Below, in pieces: positions 24,577 through 36,126 of a stretch of 64,000 nt of DNA; the first letter of the stretch is position 1; the number at the start of each line of letters is the position of its first letter. The notes beneath the pieces were generated by a model. The model searched no databases, was not told where the DNA came from, and was given only the letters and a program-made list of their open reading frames with translations. Made by a program: the position numbers and the translations under genes. This DNA is from Octopus sinensis (taxonomy: Eukaryota): NCBI RefSeq assembly GCF_006345805.1, contig NC_043003.1, positions 74,648,001-74,712,000 of the forward strand, in the 5' to 3' direction.

Positions 24577-24777
24577 AGGGAGTGGATTTAAGAAACAAAA
24601 CAAACATGTATTTTGATCTGTTTCTGGAAAACAAATAGGTCGTGTTTTCTTAAATTTCTTTTCCATCGTCTCTCATGCATTATGAATAAATCAACAGATT
24701 TGACGAATAAAATTTGGTGTCAATCGCGGCATTTTTCGGCTCCGACGCTAAACGCAAGTTAGCGAAATATATTGGTT

Positions 24778-24970
24778 TTCAGATTTTGGCACAAGGCCAG
24801 TAATTTCTGGGGAATATGTGATTCGATTAAATCAGCCGCTCTATCACTCATTCTAAAGACCATAAAATATTGAAAGCACGGTCGACCACGCCGGCATTTG
24901 AACGTTGAACATGAAGATAACAAACTTGCCGCTATGCTTTTTGCCCGGTGCGTTACCGATGCTGCCAGAT
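24778..24970 (-). mobile_element. Decayed tRNA-derived SINE
   Basis: Reverse complement matches the head (CTGGCAG..GCACCGGGC..GTTCAAAT) and 3' end (GGCCTTGTGCCAAAAT) of the SINE family at 36991. Confidence 0.6.
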
Positions 24971-25317
24971 CAATGGTTAAAGCTCGTAAAATGTCTTATA
25001 GAGAATAATATAAAAGTAACATTATGTTAGTCTTTTTTTTGTTTCATTTTTTTTTTTAGCAAAATCGATTCGGGGCACTGAATAAAGAGATTCGCCCTCC
25101 GAGCAAAATACGCAGACGATAATATCATCAAACACTTTAATACACATATGGAGAGATATATATTTTATGCAAAAACCGCCGAAATGTGGGTGCCTCTGTT
25201 TATCACACACACACACACACACACACATACGCACACAAATGCACACGCACATACATACATATGTATGTATGTAACTATAAACATATTAATATATAAACGT
25301 TTATATATATGTTTCTA

Positions 25318-26509
25318 TAGAGGGTGTCCTGAAATGAAGTCAACCGAAGATTCGAGCTTTAAGAGCTATAAATAAATGTGATAAGATATGACATTTATAC
25401 ATCTTTACAAAAGCTTAGTGCGTCTTCTTTTTGTTTCAGGCTAAATAAAGTCAGATCTATGAAATTAGGCAATGGCTATTGACCGAAATACAATCTTAAC
25501 TCTCCAAAAAGGAGGCGAAAGTAATACAGCTATAGCAAAAGAAAAAAAAAACGAAAGAAAAATCTTAGAATTAACCGGTCGACAGTTTGGAAAATTGTCA
25601 AGAAATTTCAAGAGATTCTTTCCACAGCTGATCGATCTGGACGTACATGAAAAAGAAGGGTGGGGAGTCTCCAGTTTACCAAAAGTACTAGAAAATAAAA
25701 CTATGGCAAGATCCTCCTCGTTCCGTCAGATAACTGCTGTCGAAGTAAAAGTATGCAAACCATCCCTACTAGTTGATCTGTCGTCATGGGCTCATGCAAG
25801 TTTATAAGGCCATTGGACTGGAGAGAATTCATCTTATCCTGCATCAGATTGCCGAAGGCAGGCTGATGAAAAGAAATATGACATCTAACGAGCAGTCAGC
25901 AACCAGAGTGACCGACTGTGGAGTCTATATCACCCTGTCAAGAGTAGACTCCTAAATCACAGTTATGGGTCGGGCAGCTGTGGTAGTCACTGGAATGTCC
26001 CCTCTCATTTGTATGACCTCGGATGTTAAAATTAACATCCAACGATATATTAGCGAAATTCTGGGAGCTGAATTACTAACATGAGCGAATAAGCACTTTG
26101 AAGGTGCAACTTGGAGCCGCCAGCAGGACTCGGCATCATCCTACAGCCCGAAAAAAAAACGTATTACAATCCCACGTTCATAGGCAAGGATATATGGCCC
26201 TCAAGAAGCCCCGATATCCATTTTGGAGACGAAGTTCTTGAGTATTCCTCATGCTTTACTCAACGCTCCAAATGCAAAATTACACCAGGAATGGTTTTCG
26301 ATTCCGCAAGAACAGCTGAAGAAGTCGTGTGTGAAGAAGTCGCATCTAGACTAAAGGCAGAGATTCGAATCATAAGTGGACATATCGAATAAAGGTGGTA
26401 GCGTGGCAAATTGTTTACTTTACCATTGCACTGACTCGAAATATAACGCCATATTGCTTTCGCCTAATTGAAAAAGGTGGGGGTTGCTTTAATTTTGGGG
26501 CACATTCTG
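25318..26509 (+). mobile_element. Decayed full-length IS630-Tc1-mariner element (maT/DD37D-like)
   Basis: Imperfect TIRs GAGGGTGTCCTGAAATGAAGTCAACC / GGTTGCTTTAATTTTGGGGCACATTCTG; remnants RINRSTVWKIVKKF, KINIQRYISEIL, QQDSA, WPSRSPD; multiple frameshifts. Confidence 0.8.
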
Positions 26510-26650
26510 TGTGTGTGTATATTAACACACACACACACGCACGCACACATACGCACATACTTATGCATATGATATATATATATAATGATGATGATGATGA
26601 TGATGACAACGACGATGACGATGCTAATAATAATAATAATAGCAATAATG

Positions 26651-26715
<65 letters not shown>

Positions 26716-26716
<1 letters not shown>

Positions 26717-27412
26717 TTGACGTTTGATTTGTATTTGTACAAGTTGGCCTCAAGTTTCACCCGATACCTCAAGAGACAACAGGTTAGAAGTTCATGTTGG
26801 TGTTATGCCTAGTGTGCCATATATTTGGCTTTGTATATAGTGTAATTCTAGTGAAGTGTAAGAAACCATAAGAAAATTGTGCTTGTTTTAAAAATTGAGA
26901 TGACATAGACAGTAATTTACGTAGGATATGGGCAATTCCCATGGGCGCTATCTTTTGTATTTCTGCCATTTTGGGTTACCCTGGTATCTGAGCTAGTTAG
27001 CAATCACCCACTATTGCTATCATTCCTAGGGCACCTATGACAACAAGTATTGTTTTAGTATTCAGGTTCCACATTTTGCTAATTTCTATTTCAAGATCTT
27101 TATACTTGCTCAGTTTTTGGTAAGTCTAGACTAGGGGTGGGCAAACTACGGCCCGCCAGAGGTTTTCATGCGGCACGCCGAGAGGAATATTTCACAAAAT
27201 TTTCTTTCAATCAATTGTGTGTTTATAGGTCTATAACCGCCTTCAAAAATATTTTCACTTGATTTTTATAAATGAGGCCCGCCAAGGTTCCAAAGACGCA
27301 CTGTGCTGCCCGCGATCAAAAAAGTTCGCCCACCCCTCTAGACGGATACGTTTATGTCGATGGGGACAGTCATATCAATGTGAAGGCATGATTTTTGCGT
27401 GAAGTCTTTCAA

Positions 27413-27413
<1 letters not shown>
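26716..27413 (-). mobile_element. Short 5'-truncated R4/Dong-like LINE, interrupted by a MITE
   Basis: Aligns to the RLE C-terminus and 3' UTR of the 9255 copy; (TTA)n on both sides. Confidence 0.88.
27132..27337. mobile_element. hAT/Charlie-type MITE nested in a LINE
   Basis: TIRs TAGGGGTGGGCAAACT / AGTTCGCCCACCCCT; GTCTAGAC on the left and CTAGAC on the right (partial 8-bp TSD); removing it restores the LINE sequence. Confidence 0.85.
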
Positions 27414-27462
<49 letters not shown>

Positions 27463-27492
27463 TATATTATTATTATTATTGTTGTTGTTGTT

Positions 27493-28313
27493 ATCCTTCG
27501 TAACACAGTGTTGGTAAAAATGTATCGGACTCATTCGCTGTGTTCAAAAGGTTGCCGTTTGCAAGTCATCAATCTGACATTCGATTTCCAGTTGCCTTAA
27601 GAAAATTTAAAGTTTCAATGGGATTGAGGCCAACGCTCCGATCACCACTGGTATCACGTTTACATTACCCTCTCGCATTCTATACAGTCTTGCCATTTCC
27701 ACTTTTAGTTCGGAGTACTGGGTGATTTTTGTCAACCTCTTTACTCAATATATTCATGTTATTAGGTCTGGCTTCATCAATGATGAAGTATTGACAGTAT
27801 TTGTCTCTTTATTCACTATGACAATGGTGTTTGAAAATCATAGTATGAAACCCATAGTCCCAGAATATACATGCTCATAGCAGTTTTCTGCACCGGAGTG
27901 GGTCACATTTTCCTCACTCTTTCCACAGAGCCTACATTTCTGAGTGTCAGAAGATTTATATATGTTATACTCCATTTAATTGGTAGAGAGAGCCTGGTCT
28001 TGTGCAGCAATTATCAGGCTTTCGATGGTACGCTACAAGTCACCTCGCTCAAGCCATGCCCATGGTGCTGTATTATCCTTAACGTCTTGTGTATTACTTT
28101 CAAACTGCCCATGCATTCCATTTCGGGAATGTCTTCTTTTCTCTTCTCCTCAAATACATGGTTAAACTCTTCTTTGCCCATCATTTCAACCATACAGCAG
28201 GTCTTCATCAATATTGAACAAATACTCGGCAGGCGTTCTCATTTCACTCCGTATACAGTGGTCTATGTTAATTCGTCCTCTGCCAACATTCTTTCTTTTC
28301 ATATAAAGTGTGT
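27493..28313 (-). mobile_element. Third R4/Dong-like subfamily, decayed 3' fragment
   Basis: LYMKRKNVGRGR, LIIAAQDQALSTN, KITQYSELKVEMARL..VIPVVIGALAS; flanked by (GTT/TTA)n and (CAT)n. Confidence 0.78.
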
Positions 28314-28314
28314 A

Positions 28315-28383
<69 letters not shown>

Positions 28384-28402
28384 GTCGTCGTCGTCGACGT
28401 CG

Positions 28403-28434
<32 letters not shown>

Positions 28435-28445
28435 GTCATCATCGT
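28315..28445. repeat. (CAT)n/(CGT)n microsatellite
   Basis: Direct triplet run; source of the spurious poly-D and poly-S ORFs. Confidence 0.95.
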
Positions 28446-28451
28446 TATTAT

Positions 28452-29622
28452 TATGTTTGACTTTTGCTTTGTATTTGTACAAATTAACCTGAAATCTCAC
28501 CCAGAGACCTCAAGGGAAAACAAGTTATAAGTTGAAGTTGGTGTTATGCCTAAACTGTCATATATTTGGTTTTGCACAAAGTATTGTTCTGGAGAATGTT
28601 TAAGAAAACAAGAAAATTATGTCTGTTTTAAAATTTGAGATGACTTAGACAGTATTTTACGTAGGAAATGGGCAGTTCCCATGAGCGTTTTCTGTTGAAT
28701 TTCTACAACGTTGGGGTTTCCTGGTGTCTACGCTAGGTAGCAATCTGCACATTTAGCTCTGATTCCTCGGGCACCTATGGCAACAGGTTCCACAGTTGGC
28801 AATTTCTATTTCAAGATCTTTATACTTGCTCAGTTTTCCGTACGTCTTGACAGATACATTTATATCGATTACGGCAGTCATATCAATGAGGGTGTGTGAT
28901 TTTTGTCTGTAGTCCTTCAATATAATGTCCGGCCTATTCGCATGTATCTTTCTGTGAGTTTGCATGGTGAAGTCCCAGAGGAGTCAGATGTGATCACATG
29001 CAAGCACTGGAGATGGTTTGAGTTTCCACCAGTTTTTATCATGGGGCAAGTCCAGGTTTTAGCAAATTACCAAGTGAATATACTGTGCAGCTTTATCATA
29101 AATGTTGAGATACTCCGTAGGCGCAAGAAATCTGCACTTGGAGACAACTTGATCAACGTTTTCATTTTATTTTCGTTCTTTAATATGTTGGCCTGATAGC
29201 TCCTTGTAGGTAGTCATTAACCTTGGGCAGCTCTGATAAACCATGCTGTTCCTGATTTTGATCCAGAAGACACTAACCATTGATGGGTAAATGCTTTGTC
29301 AACATCGGCATTATTACCTCTCTTTGGGTATTTGCCATTGAGAGGTTTTACTTACCATTTATCAGTAAGAATATCTAAGGCAGCATATTTTGTACAGGCT
29401 TCCATACACTTAGCCATTACTGTGCTTGTTTCCAGTACGTCTATTTCTTAGATGATTTGTGTTGGGTATTCACTTGCTTGTTTTATTACTGCGTATAACG
29501 TTTTCTTGTTTTCGTGCTTGAAGACAAGTCTTGACATCCAATCACATAGAGTTTTCAGGTGAGTATTTAGGCCAATTCTTCATTGTAGGTGTTTAAGCCA
29601 ATTGTGGCAATGTCCATTGTTA
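28452..29622 (-). mobile_element. Older 5'-truncated R4/Dong-like LINE copy
   Basis: Colinear with 9255-10527 (HANRPDIILKDY..LSKYKDLEIEI) but frameshifted; (TTA)n at the 5' junction. Confidence 0.88.
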
Positions 29623-29631
29623 TTATTATTA

Positions 29632-29683
<52 letters not shown>

Positions 29684-30299
29684 CATTATTAATAATAATA
29701 ATAATAATAATATTTATTTTACATGTAACAGTTTATCTTGAATATTCGAACAGAGATTACATGACAATTCGTATAATGTCAATAATCTTAATGAGACAAT
29801 GGTTACATCACTTGTAGAAAAAAATGTAAGAATTAAAAAGAGAGAAAAAAAAAAGAAATTAGATTCCAAATTACCTGGAGCATAAAACTTGCATGAACCC
29901 ACTCAAGCGACTAATATGTTTGTATTCTTTGTTCAACCAATAGCCTTAACAAGTCTAAAGTACTTAGAATGAAATTCTCGCATTATATTTGAAACATCTT
30001 ATGCTTCGAATTTTAACTTTGTATTTTATTTTGAACCGTACTCTGTACCGTAACCAAGTATGTTGGTCTGATTTTGATATTATTTAAATCTTTAATCATT
30101 ATTTAAGTGTTACGTCACATTATGTCATCGTCCACCGGGTTACGTGTTCTCATTATGTTCGTTTACAAACTCTATATTCAATAACTAGTAAATATTTGAT
30201 AACTCAGCTTATAACTTCCTAAACATCTAGCATTTACGAACATTCTCTTTATATATCTATATATTTTTTTTATATATGTAACTATATCTATATATACAT

Positions 30300-30565
30300 A
30301 TCACCGTGATCAACGTGACCGACCAGGCTATTAGATGTTGTTACACATCGCTGGTCACAACGCACTTCGCATTGTTTTAGCCTTCAAATGACGCCGCCCC
30401 GCTGGCTAAGTGAGCAGGCCAACAGAAGAAAGAGTGAGGGAAAGTTGTGGCGAAAGAGTACAGCAGGGATCGCCACCACCCCTGCCGGAGCCTTATGGAG
30501 CTTTAGGTGTTTTCGCTCAATAAACACTCGCAACGCCCGGTCTGGGAATTGAAACCACGATCCTA
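30300..30565 (-). mobile_element. SINE with truncated tRNA-like head
   Basis: Minus strand begins GTAGGATCGTGGTTTCAATTCCCAGACCGGGCG (B-box-like), followed by a GC-rich body between TA tracts. Confidence 0.55.
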
Positions 30566-30600
30566 CATATATATATATATATAATATATATATATATATT

Positions 30601-30720
30601 AAAAATGGGAAAGAATTTAGTTTTCCCGTACATAAAGGGTTTAACTTTATGGCGTATCGTCAGATCCCTAAACCATTATCCCAATGACCTCTTAAAACTA
30701 TGGAGAAGAAAATGCCTCAC
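30601..30720 (-). mobile_element. Hammerhead-bearing repeat, family C copy 1
   Basis: Shares GGTTTA.CTTTATGGCGTATCGTCA and ATGACCTCTTAAAA with 54766-54900; minus strand GGGAU-CUGACGA...GAAA at 30607-30668. Confidence 0.55.
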
Positions 30721-30905
30721 TACTGAAAGGAAACAATTAGGGATTAATTCCCTTTGCTAATAGCTACTGGCTTTTGGCTGTGTTACGATCTTGCGAGCTC
30801 CAGAAGGCTGGCAGGAACCTCCTGGAATGTAAGCATGAGCCCCAAAATCTCCGTTCTGGAGTTAAAGGTGCTCCCTATTATTTATAGAAACATATTTATA
30901 TATAT

Positions 30906-31298
30906 ACTAGCAGTATCGCCCGGCGTTGCTCGGGTTTGTAAGGGAAATAACTATATAAGCATTTTTAGAGAGTTATAGCCAAAAAATAGCAAAAAATGCA
31001 TTAAAAATGGAAAACAAATTATGGTAATTTTTTTTTTAAATCGTTCACTCATCGTAGGCATTTTTAGAGAGTTACTTCCCTTATATAATAGCGAAAAAAT
31101 GCATTAAAATGGAAAAAATGATGGTAATTTTTTTTTAAATCGTAGACTCATCGTAGACGCGCGCTAATACCTAGAAGGGTTCAATATGAATCACGACTAT
31201 AATATACCCGGTTTTGGTTAAACTGCACCGCAAAATGTGGGAGTAGTTAGGAATCTAAATCGTAGGAGACAGACACACAACCTTACTTTTATATATAA

Positions 31299-31302
<4 letters not shown>
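30906..31302 (+). mobile_element. Helentron-associated (HINE/DINE-1-like) non-autonomous element
   Basis: 5' ACTAGC..CCCGGCGTTGCTCGGG, an internal ~100-bp tandem duplication, and a 3' end CAGACACACAAC..TTTTATATATAAAGAT. Confidence 0.6.
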
Positions 31303-31332
<30 letters not shown>

Positions 31333-31339
31333 TGGGGGG

Positions 31340-31562
31340 GGGGGTATGTGTGTTTATGTGTCTGTTTTTGTCCCCACAACATCGCTTGACAACCGATGCT
31401 GGTGTATTTACGTCTCCATCACTTGGTGATTCAGCAAGTTAGACCGATAGAATATGTACTAGTCTTACAAAGAATAAGACCTGGGGTCGATTTGCTCGAG
31501 TAAATGTGGTGCTCCAGCATGGCCTCATTCAAATGAATGAAACAAGTAAAAGAGTAAAAGAA
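31340..31562 (+). mobile_element. SINE 3' half
   Basis: Matches the reverse complement of 53930-54265 (CGCTTGACAACCGATGCTGGTG); ends GAAACAAGTAAAAGAGTAAAAGA. Confidence 0.6.
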
Positions 31563-32380
31563 TATATATATCTATATAAGTAAATCCATGCATATGAGTA
31601 CACGTGTTTGTCGTGGAGTGTGAGCGTAAATATGAGCGTATCTTCGGTATGAAATGTGTCAAAAATTGTATGGCGACAGCATTGTGACTTTCAGCTGCCT
31701 TAAGGTTTGCTCCTCTTATCTTACTTGACTTGCAAGTTATATGCTTAGCTCTCATTGTTTTAATGACAATTCATTGCTGCAGCGTGTTTGTGCGTCTTGT
31801 ACGTTCTCATAGCCAGTATTGGCTACAATCTAATCTAGATAAGTGTTTTGAAATTAATATAGTCGTTTGATCTCCCTTCTTCTCGGATAAAAGCATGAAA
31901 GCATGAATGCCACTCCTAATTTCTCTATTAATTCGATGGCTGTTTTCAAAATACCACTTATACAACAAAGTTGTTCAGATTCGTTATGTTCGATGTATCT
32001 CACCTGTTTGATACATACTTAAAATTTTACATGAAGATGGACCTTATGATATGACATAATCTATTTAGAAATCAATACAATTCTCTGGAGAGACCTAAAA
32101 TATTTTTATTTTATTTAAAACCCACTTTGTGTCCTCTTTATAGACACACACACATATAAGCATACACACACACACAAATATACATATACATATATATTAT
32201 ATATAAGGGCTTAGTAAAATAAATTACTTTGCCACATACTGAACTCATTAGAAATAGCAGCTAAAGAAATTTCTTCAGCTATTTCTAATACTTAAAGAAG
32301 ATCTCTCTCAGATAGTGTTTGCCTAAACTAACTCACAAAAGTATGGGGGAAAAAACATTAAAAAATCAAGTGCAAAGGTT

Positions 32381-32439
32381 ATTTGAGAACGTACGTTTCT
32401 AGATTAGTCAATTCGACATTTCTTTCTTCAGCTCAGAAT
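32381..32439 (-). ncRNA. Type I hammerhead ribozyme motif, unit 1
   Basis: AUUCUGAG-CUGAAGA-A-AGAAAUGUCG-AAU-UGACUAAUCU-A-GAAA-CGUACG-UU-CUCAAAU: stem I UGAG/CUCA, stem II with an internal loop, palindromic ACGUACGU stem III, GUU triplet. Confidence 0.6.
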
Positions 32440-32924
32440 TCCTTGAAACGGATTTGGTAACACTGAAAGTCGGGAGCATACCCTTTCGGCTTCTAATCAC
32501 CTCTAGAATTCTGCTCGAACTAAAAGTGCTATCAAATTCGAATATGCAAGCGAAGAATTTCTGCTCTCCCCTTTCCACCAGCGTGGGTTAAAATTGACAA
32601 ACACCATGTATTAACGCAGAATTTAGCAGAGAGAGATGAATTATAATTTCAACAATTGAGGGTAAAATTAATTAATTATTAATCAATTTCACCAAGTATT
32701 CAGTATGTAAAGGGACCATTATAGGCGAATTCAAAATATTACATTATATATAAGGGCTTAGTAAAATAAATTACTTTGCACATACTGAACTCATTAGAAA
32801 GCAGCTAAAGAAATTTCTTCAGCTATTTCTAATACTTAAAGAAGATCTCTCTCAGATAGTGTTTGCCTAAACTAACTCACAAAAGTATGGGGGAAAAAAC
32901 ATTAAAAAATCAAGTGCAAAGGTT

Positions 32925-32983
32925 ATTTGAGAACGTACGTTTCTAGATTAGTCAATTCGACATTTCTTTCTTCAGCTCAGAAT
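32925..32983 (-). ncRNA. Type I hammerhead ribozyme motif, unit 2
   Basis: Identical to the motif at 32381-32439 and 544 nt away from it. Confidence 0.6.
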
Positions 32984-33786
32984 TCCTTGAATCGGATTTG
33001 GTAACACTGAAAGTCGGGAGCATACCCTTTCGGCTTCTAATCACCTCTAGAATTCTGCTCGAATCCTCATTCGAACGAACTAAAAGTGCTATCAATTCGA
33101 ATATGCAAGCGAAGAATTTTGCTCTCCCCTTTCCACCAGCGTGGGTTAAAATTGACAAACACCATGTATTAACGCAGAATTTAGCACAGAGAGATGAATT
33201 ATAGTTTCAACAATTGAGGGTAAAATTAATTAATTATTAATCAATTTCACCAAGTATTCAGTATGTAAAGGGACCATTATAGGCGAATTCAAAATATTAC
33301 ACTATATATAAGGGCTTAGTAAAATAAATTACTTTGCCACATACGGAACTCATTAGAAATAGCAGCTAAAGAAATTTCTTCAGCTATTTCTAATACTTAA
33401 AGAAGATCTCTCTCAGATAGTGTTTGCCTAAACTAACTCACAAAAGTATGGGGGAAAAAACATTAGGCAAACACTATCTGAGAGAGATCTTCTTTAAGTA
33501 TTAGAAATAGCTGAAGAAATTTCTTTAGCTGCTATTTCTAATGAGTTCAGTATGTGGCAAAGTAATTTATTTTACTAAGCCCTTATATATAATGTAATAT
33601 TTCGAATTCGCCTATAATGGTCCCTTTACATACTGAATACTTGGTGAAATTGATTAATAATTAATTAATTTTACCCTCATATACATATATACATGTATAT
33701 ATATATATAGAAATATATATACATATTTATATAAATATATATACGTACATATATGCATTTATATTTACTCATATATATATATATAT

Positions 33787-34984
33787 ATACTAGCTGAAGG
33801 TGACCCGCTCTACGCGCGGGTAAGAGTGTGGTTGTTACTTTCTATTTATTCCTTTCAGCACGTAAAAAGCACCATCCGAACGTGGCCGATTGCAGCGCCG
33901 CCTTGACTGGCTTCTGTGCCGGTGGCATGTAAATGCACCAACCTTTCGTGGCCGCTGCCAGCCCCCCTGGCACCTGTGCCGGCGGCACGAAAAAAGCACC
34001 TACTAAGCTCACAGAGTGGTTGGCGTTAGGAAGGGCATCCACTTGTAGAAACACTGCCAGATCAGACTGGAGACTGGTGCAGCCTCCTGGCTTCCCAGAC
34101 CCCGGTCAAACTGTCCAACCCGTGCTAACACGGAAAACGGACGTTAAACGATGATGATGATGATGATGATTCTCCCTCTTTGTTTCTCTCTCCTTTCTCT
34201 CTCACTTTCCCCACTCCCTTACTCTTCCTTTCTCTCGGACTCTCCTTCACTTTCTCTTACTCTCTATCTTTACCTATCTCTCTCCCATTTATAAACAACA
34301 AAAGATCTTGAGTAAGTTGAGAAATAAAGCATTTAGAAAGATCAATCATAAATATGAGGCAGTAGCAACGGAAAGGTCTGCTTCAAGGCAGACAACAAAA
34401 CACTAACATTTAAAAGGGACAGACGAACTTGCGAGCTGAATAAAAATAATAAAATATTGGAAACCAAAGTTTGAAGGGATAGAATCTGAGGATAGTAGAG
34501 TCACCATGGCTGGCATTTCTTAACGACGGACAGCAACGTTTTGACAGTTTAACGGCTGGCGTAAAATTTTGAACTTGATGTAAAAGAAAATTCGTAAACA
34601 CCAAGTTTTGAAGTGATTCTTTCTCACGACAGTAGACTCACCATGGCAAGCATTCAAAACTTCTTTTTCATGGACGGCAACACATTGACGATTAAAAGGC
34701 TGGCGCAAATTTTTTAGCTTGATGTAACAGAGAATTCCTAAACACCCACTCCTTGAAATTTTAATCCCCTTCGAGCCCCATTTAGACCCCTTTTCATATT
34801 TTAGTAAATATAACCCGATTTCATTCGGGTCTACTGGGGCCACATTTTATAAGATGAGGAATTTTGTCCTAGAGGTCACGCCTTTCATTTGAGGGAAAAA
34901 ATAGTTCTCATGCAAACTTGCCAGCACTTTTAACATAGGTGTGCATCTTTTTAGCTGAATCGACCGACTACGTAATGCACACAT

Positions 34985-34990
<6 letters not shown>
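33787..34990 (+). mobile_element. Helentron-like (HINE) element interrupted by a SINE
   Basis: 5' ACTAGC with hairpin ACCCGC/GCGGGT; internal ~145-bp tandem duplication (34460-34760); ends at a TA tract. Confidence 0.45.
33853..34170 (+). mobile_element. SINE 3' part with Meta-like domain and (GAT)n tail
   Basis: GGTTGGCGTTAGGAAGGGCATCC motif; GGACGTTAAACGATGATGATGAT tail. Confidence 0.7.
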
Positions 34991-35016
<26 letters not shown>

Positions 35017-35599
35017 CACGAATTATATATATACAAATGTATAAAAATGAGATATATATCTGTATAAATTAAATTAGAGATAAAACCACTAATAGGCAAA
35101 TCAAACAGTGAAAAAGCAAAAAGAAAAACATAAAAAAAATATAATATATGAACTATATAAAATATAAAATTGAAAAATTTAAATTATTTAAATTGAAAAT
35201 AAAAATTATTAAATTATATTTATAATTTTTTTAAAAATATATATAACTATGAAAAAGTATGAAAAAGTTTAATATACATAAATACAGATATATACACTTT
35301 GTATATATACATTATATATACATATTTATATATAGAACACACACATACATTATATATACATATTTATATATAGAACACACATATAAATGAAAGCAAGAAT
35401 ATCTGATTCATAATATTTGTTCCCATGCTCGTGTGTCGTTGGTGACAGACAGATACATAAAAGAACGCCGAAGTGATGCGAAGGTAGGAAAGAGAGTGAG
35501 TGAAAAAGAGAGGAAATAGCGAGAGTGAGTTTAGGAAGACATACATTAAATAACGGAAGTGGAATTGTCAAAGTTATAATTGAAGGGGAGTGAGAGTGG

Positions 35600-35806
35600 A
35601 ATGGAGGACATAGCGTGAGTGAGGAAGATGGCCCCTAGCAACCACACCTTTTAAGATATGGATTTCTAACGTAGCCCACGGGCATCGTCCCCTCATTCTA
35701 GATGTCCCTGTAAATTTTGGAGCGAATCGGACGGGATGTAGTGGCATTGAAAGCGATCCAAGCGGTAAAAACGCATTTCAGTTTTATATATATAGATTTA
35801 CGCATT
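35600..35806 (+). mobile_element. HINE-like 3' end
   Basis: AAATTTTGGAGCGAATCGGAC...CAGTTTTATATATATAGAT resembles the 3' end of 30906-31302. Confidence 0.4.
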
Positions 35807-35816
35807 TTATTTATAG

Positions 35817-35851
<35 letters not shown>

Positions 35852-35866
35852 TTTATATATGTATGC

Positions 35867-35907
<41 letters not shown>

Positions 35908-35999
35908 TGTGTGTGTGTGTGTGTGGTGTGTGTGTGTGTGTGTGTGTGTGAGTGCAGGTATATCCAGTTATGTGTATACACAGATGCACACAAATGCAG

Positions 36000-36126
36000 G
36001 TGAACCAATAAACAAACAGCATAAATTCTACGACTCCGCAAAATGTGTAACAATCACCGAATGGCAATTGAGGCAAGCCACAAATGCCAAAGGTAGACAA
36101 TGTAAAGATCCAACAATTTTTGGAAG
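36000..36126 (+). CDS. Candidate internal exon, EPINKQHKFYDSAKCVTITEWQLRQATNAKGRQCKDPTIFG
   Basis: GCAG|127 nt|GTAATT; a single open frame (phase 1 to 2); weak pyrimidine tract. Confidence 0.25.

Larger units (their letters stand above)
32201..33679 (-). mobile_element. Tandem ~550-bp hammerhead-bearing array with terminal inversion (family B; Penelope pLTR/retrozyme-like)
   Basis: Near-identical units start at TAAGGGC 32204, 32751 and 33309. The third unit is cut at 33462 and followed by an inverted copy (33463-33679) of 33215-33431. TA-rich flanks on both sides. Confidence 0.85.

Noticed and set aside
24120-24666. Long ORFs such as (YIHT)n and (MYVC)n, poly-L/I/N/D/S ORFs and HT/CV ORFs across the window
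   Set aside because: These are translations of microsatellites that lack stop codons in some frames; they are not genes.
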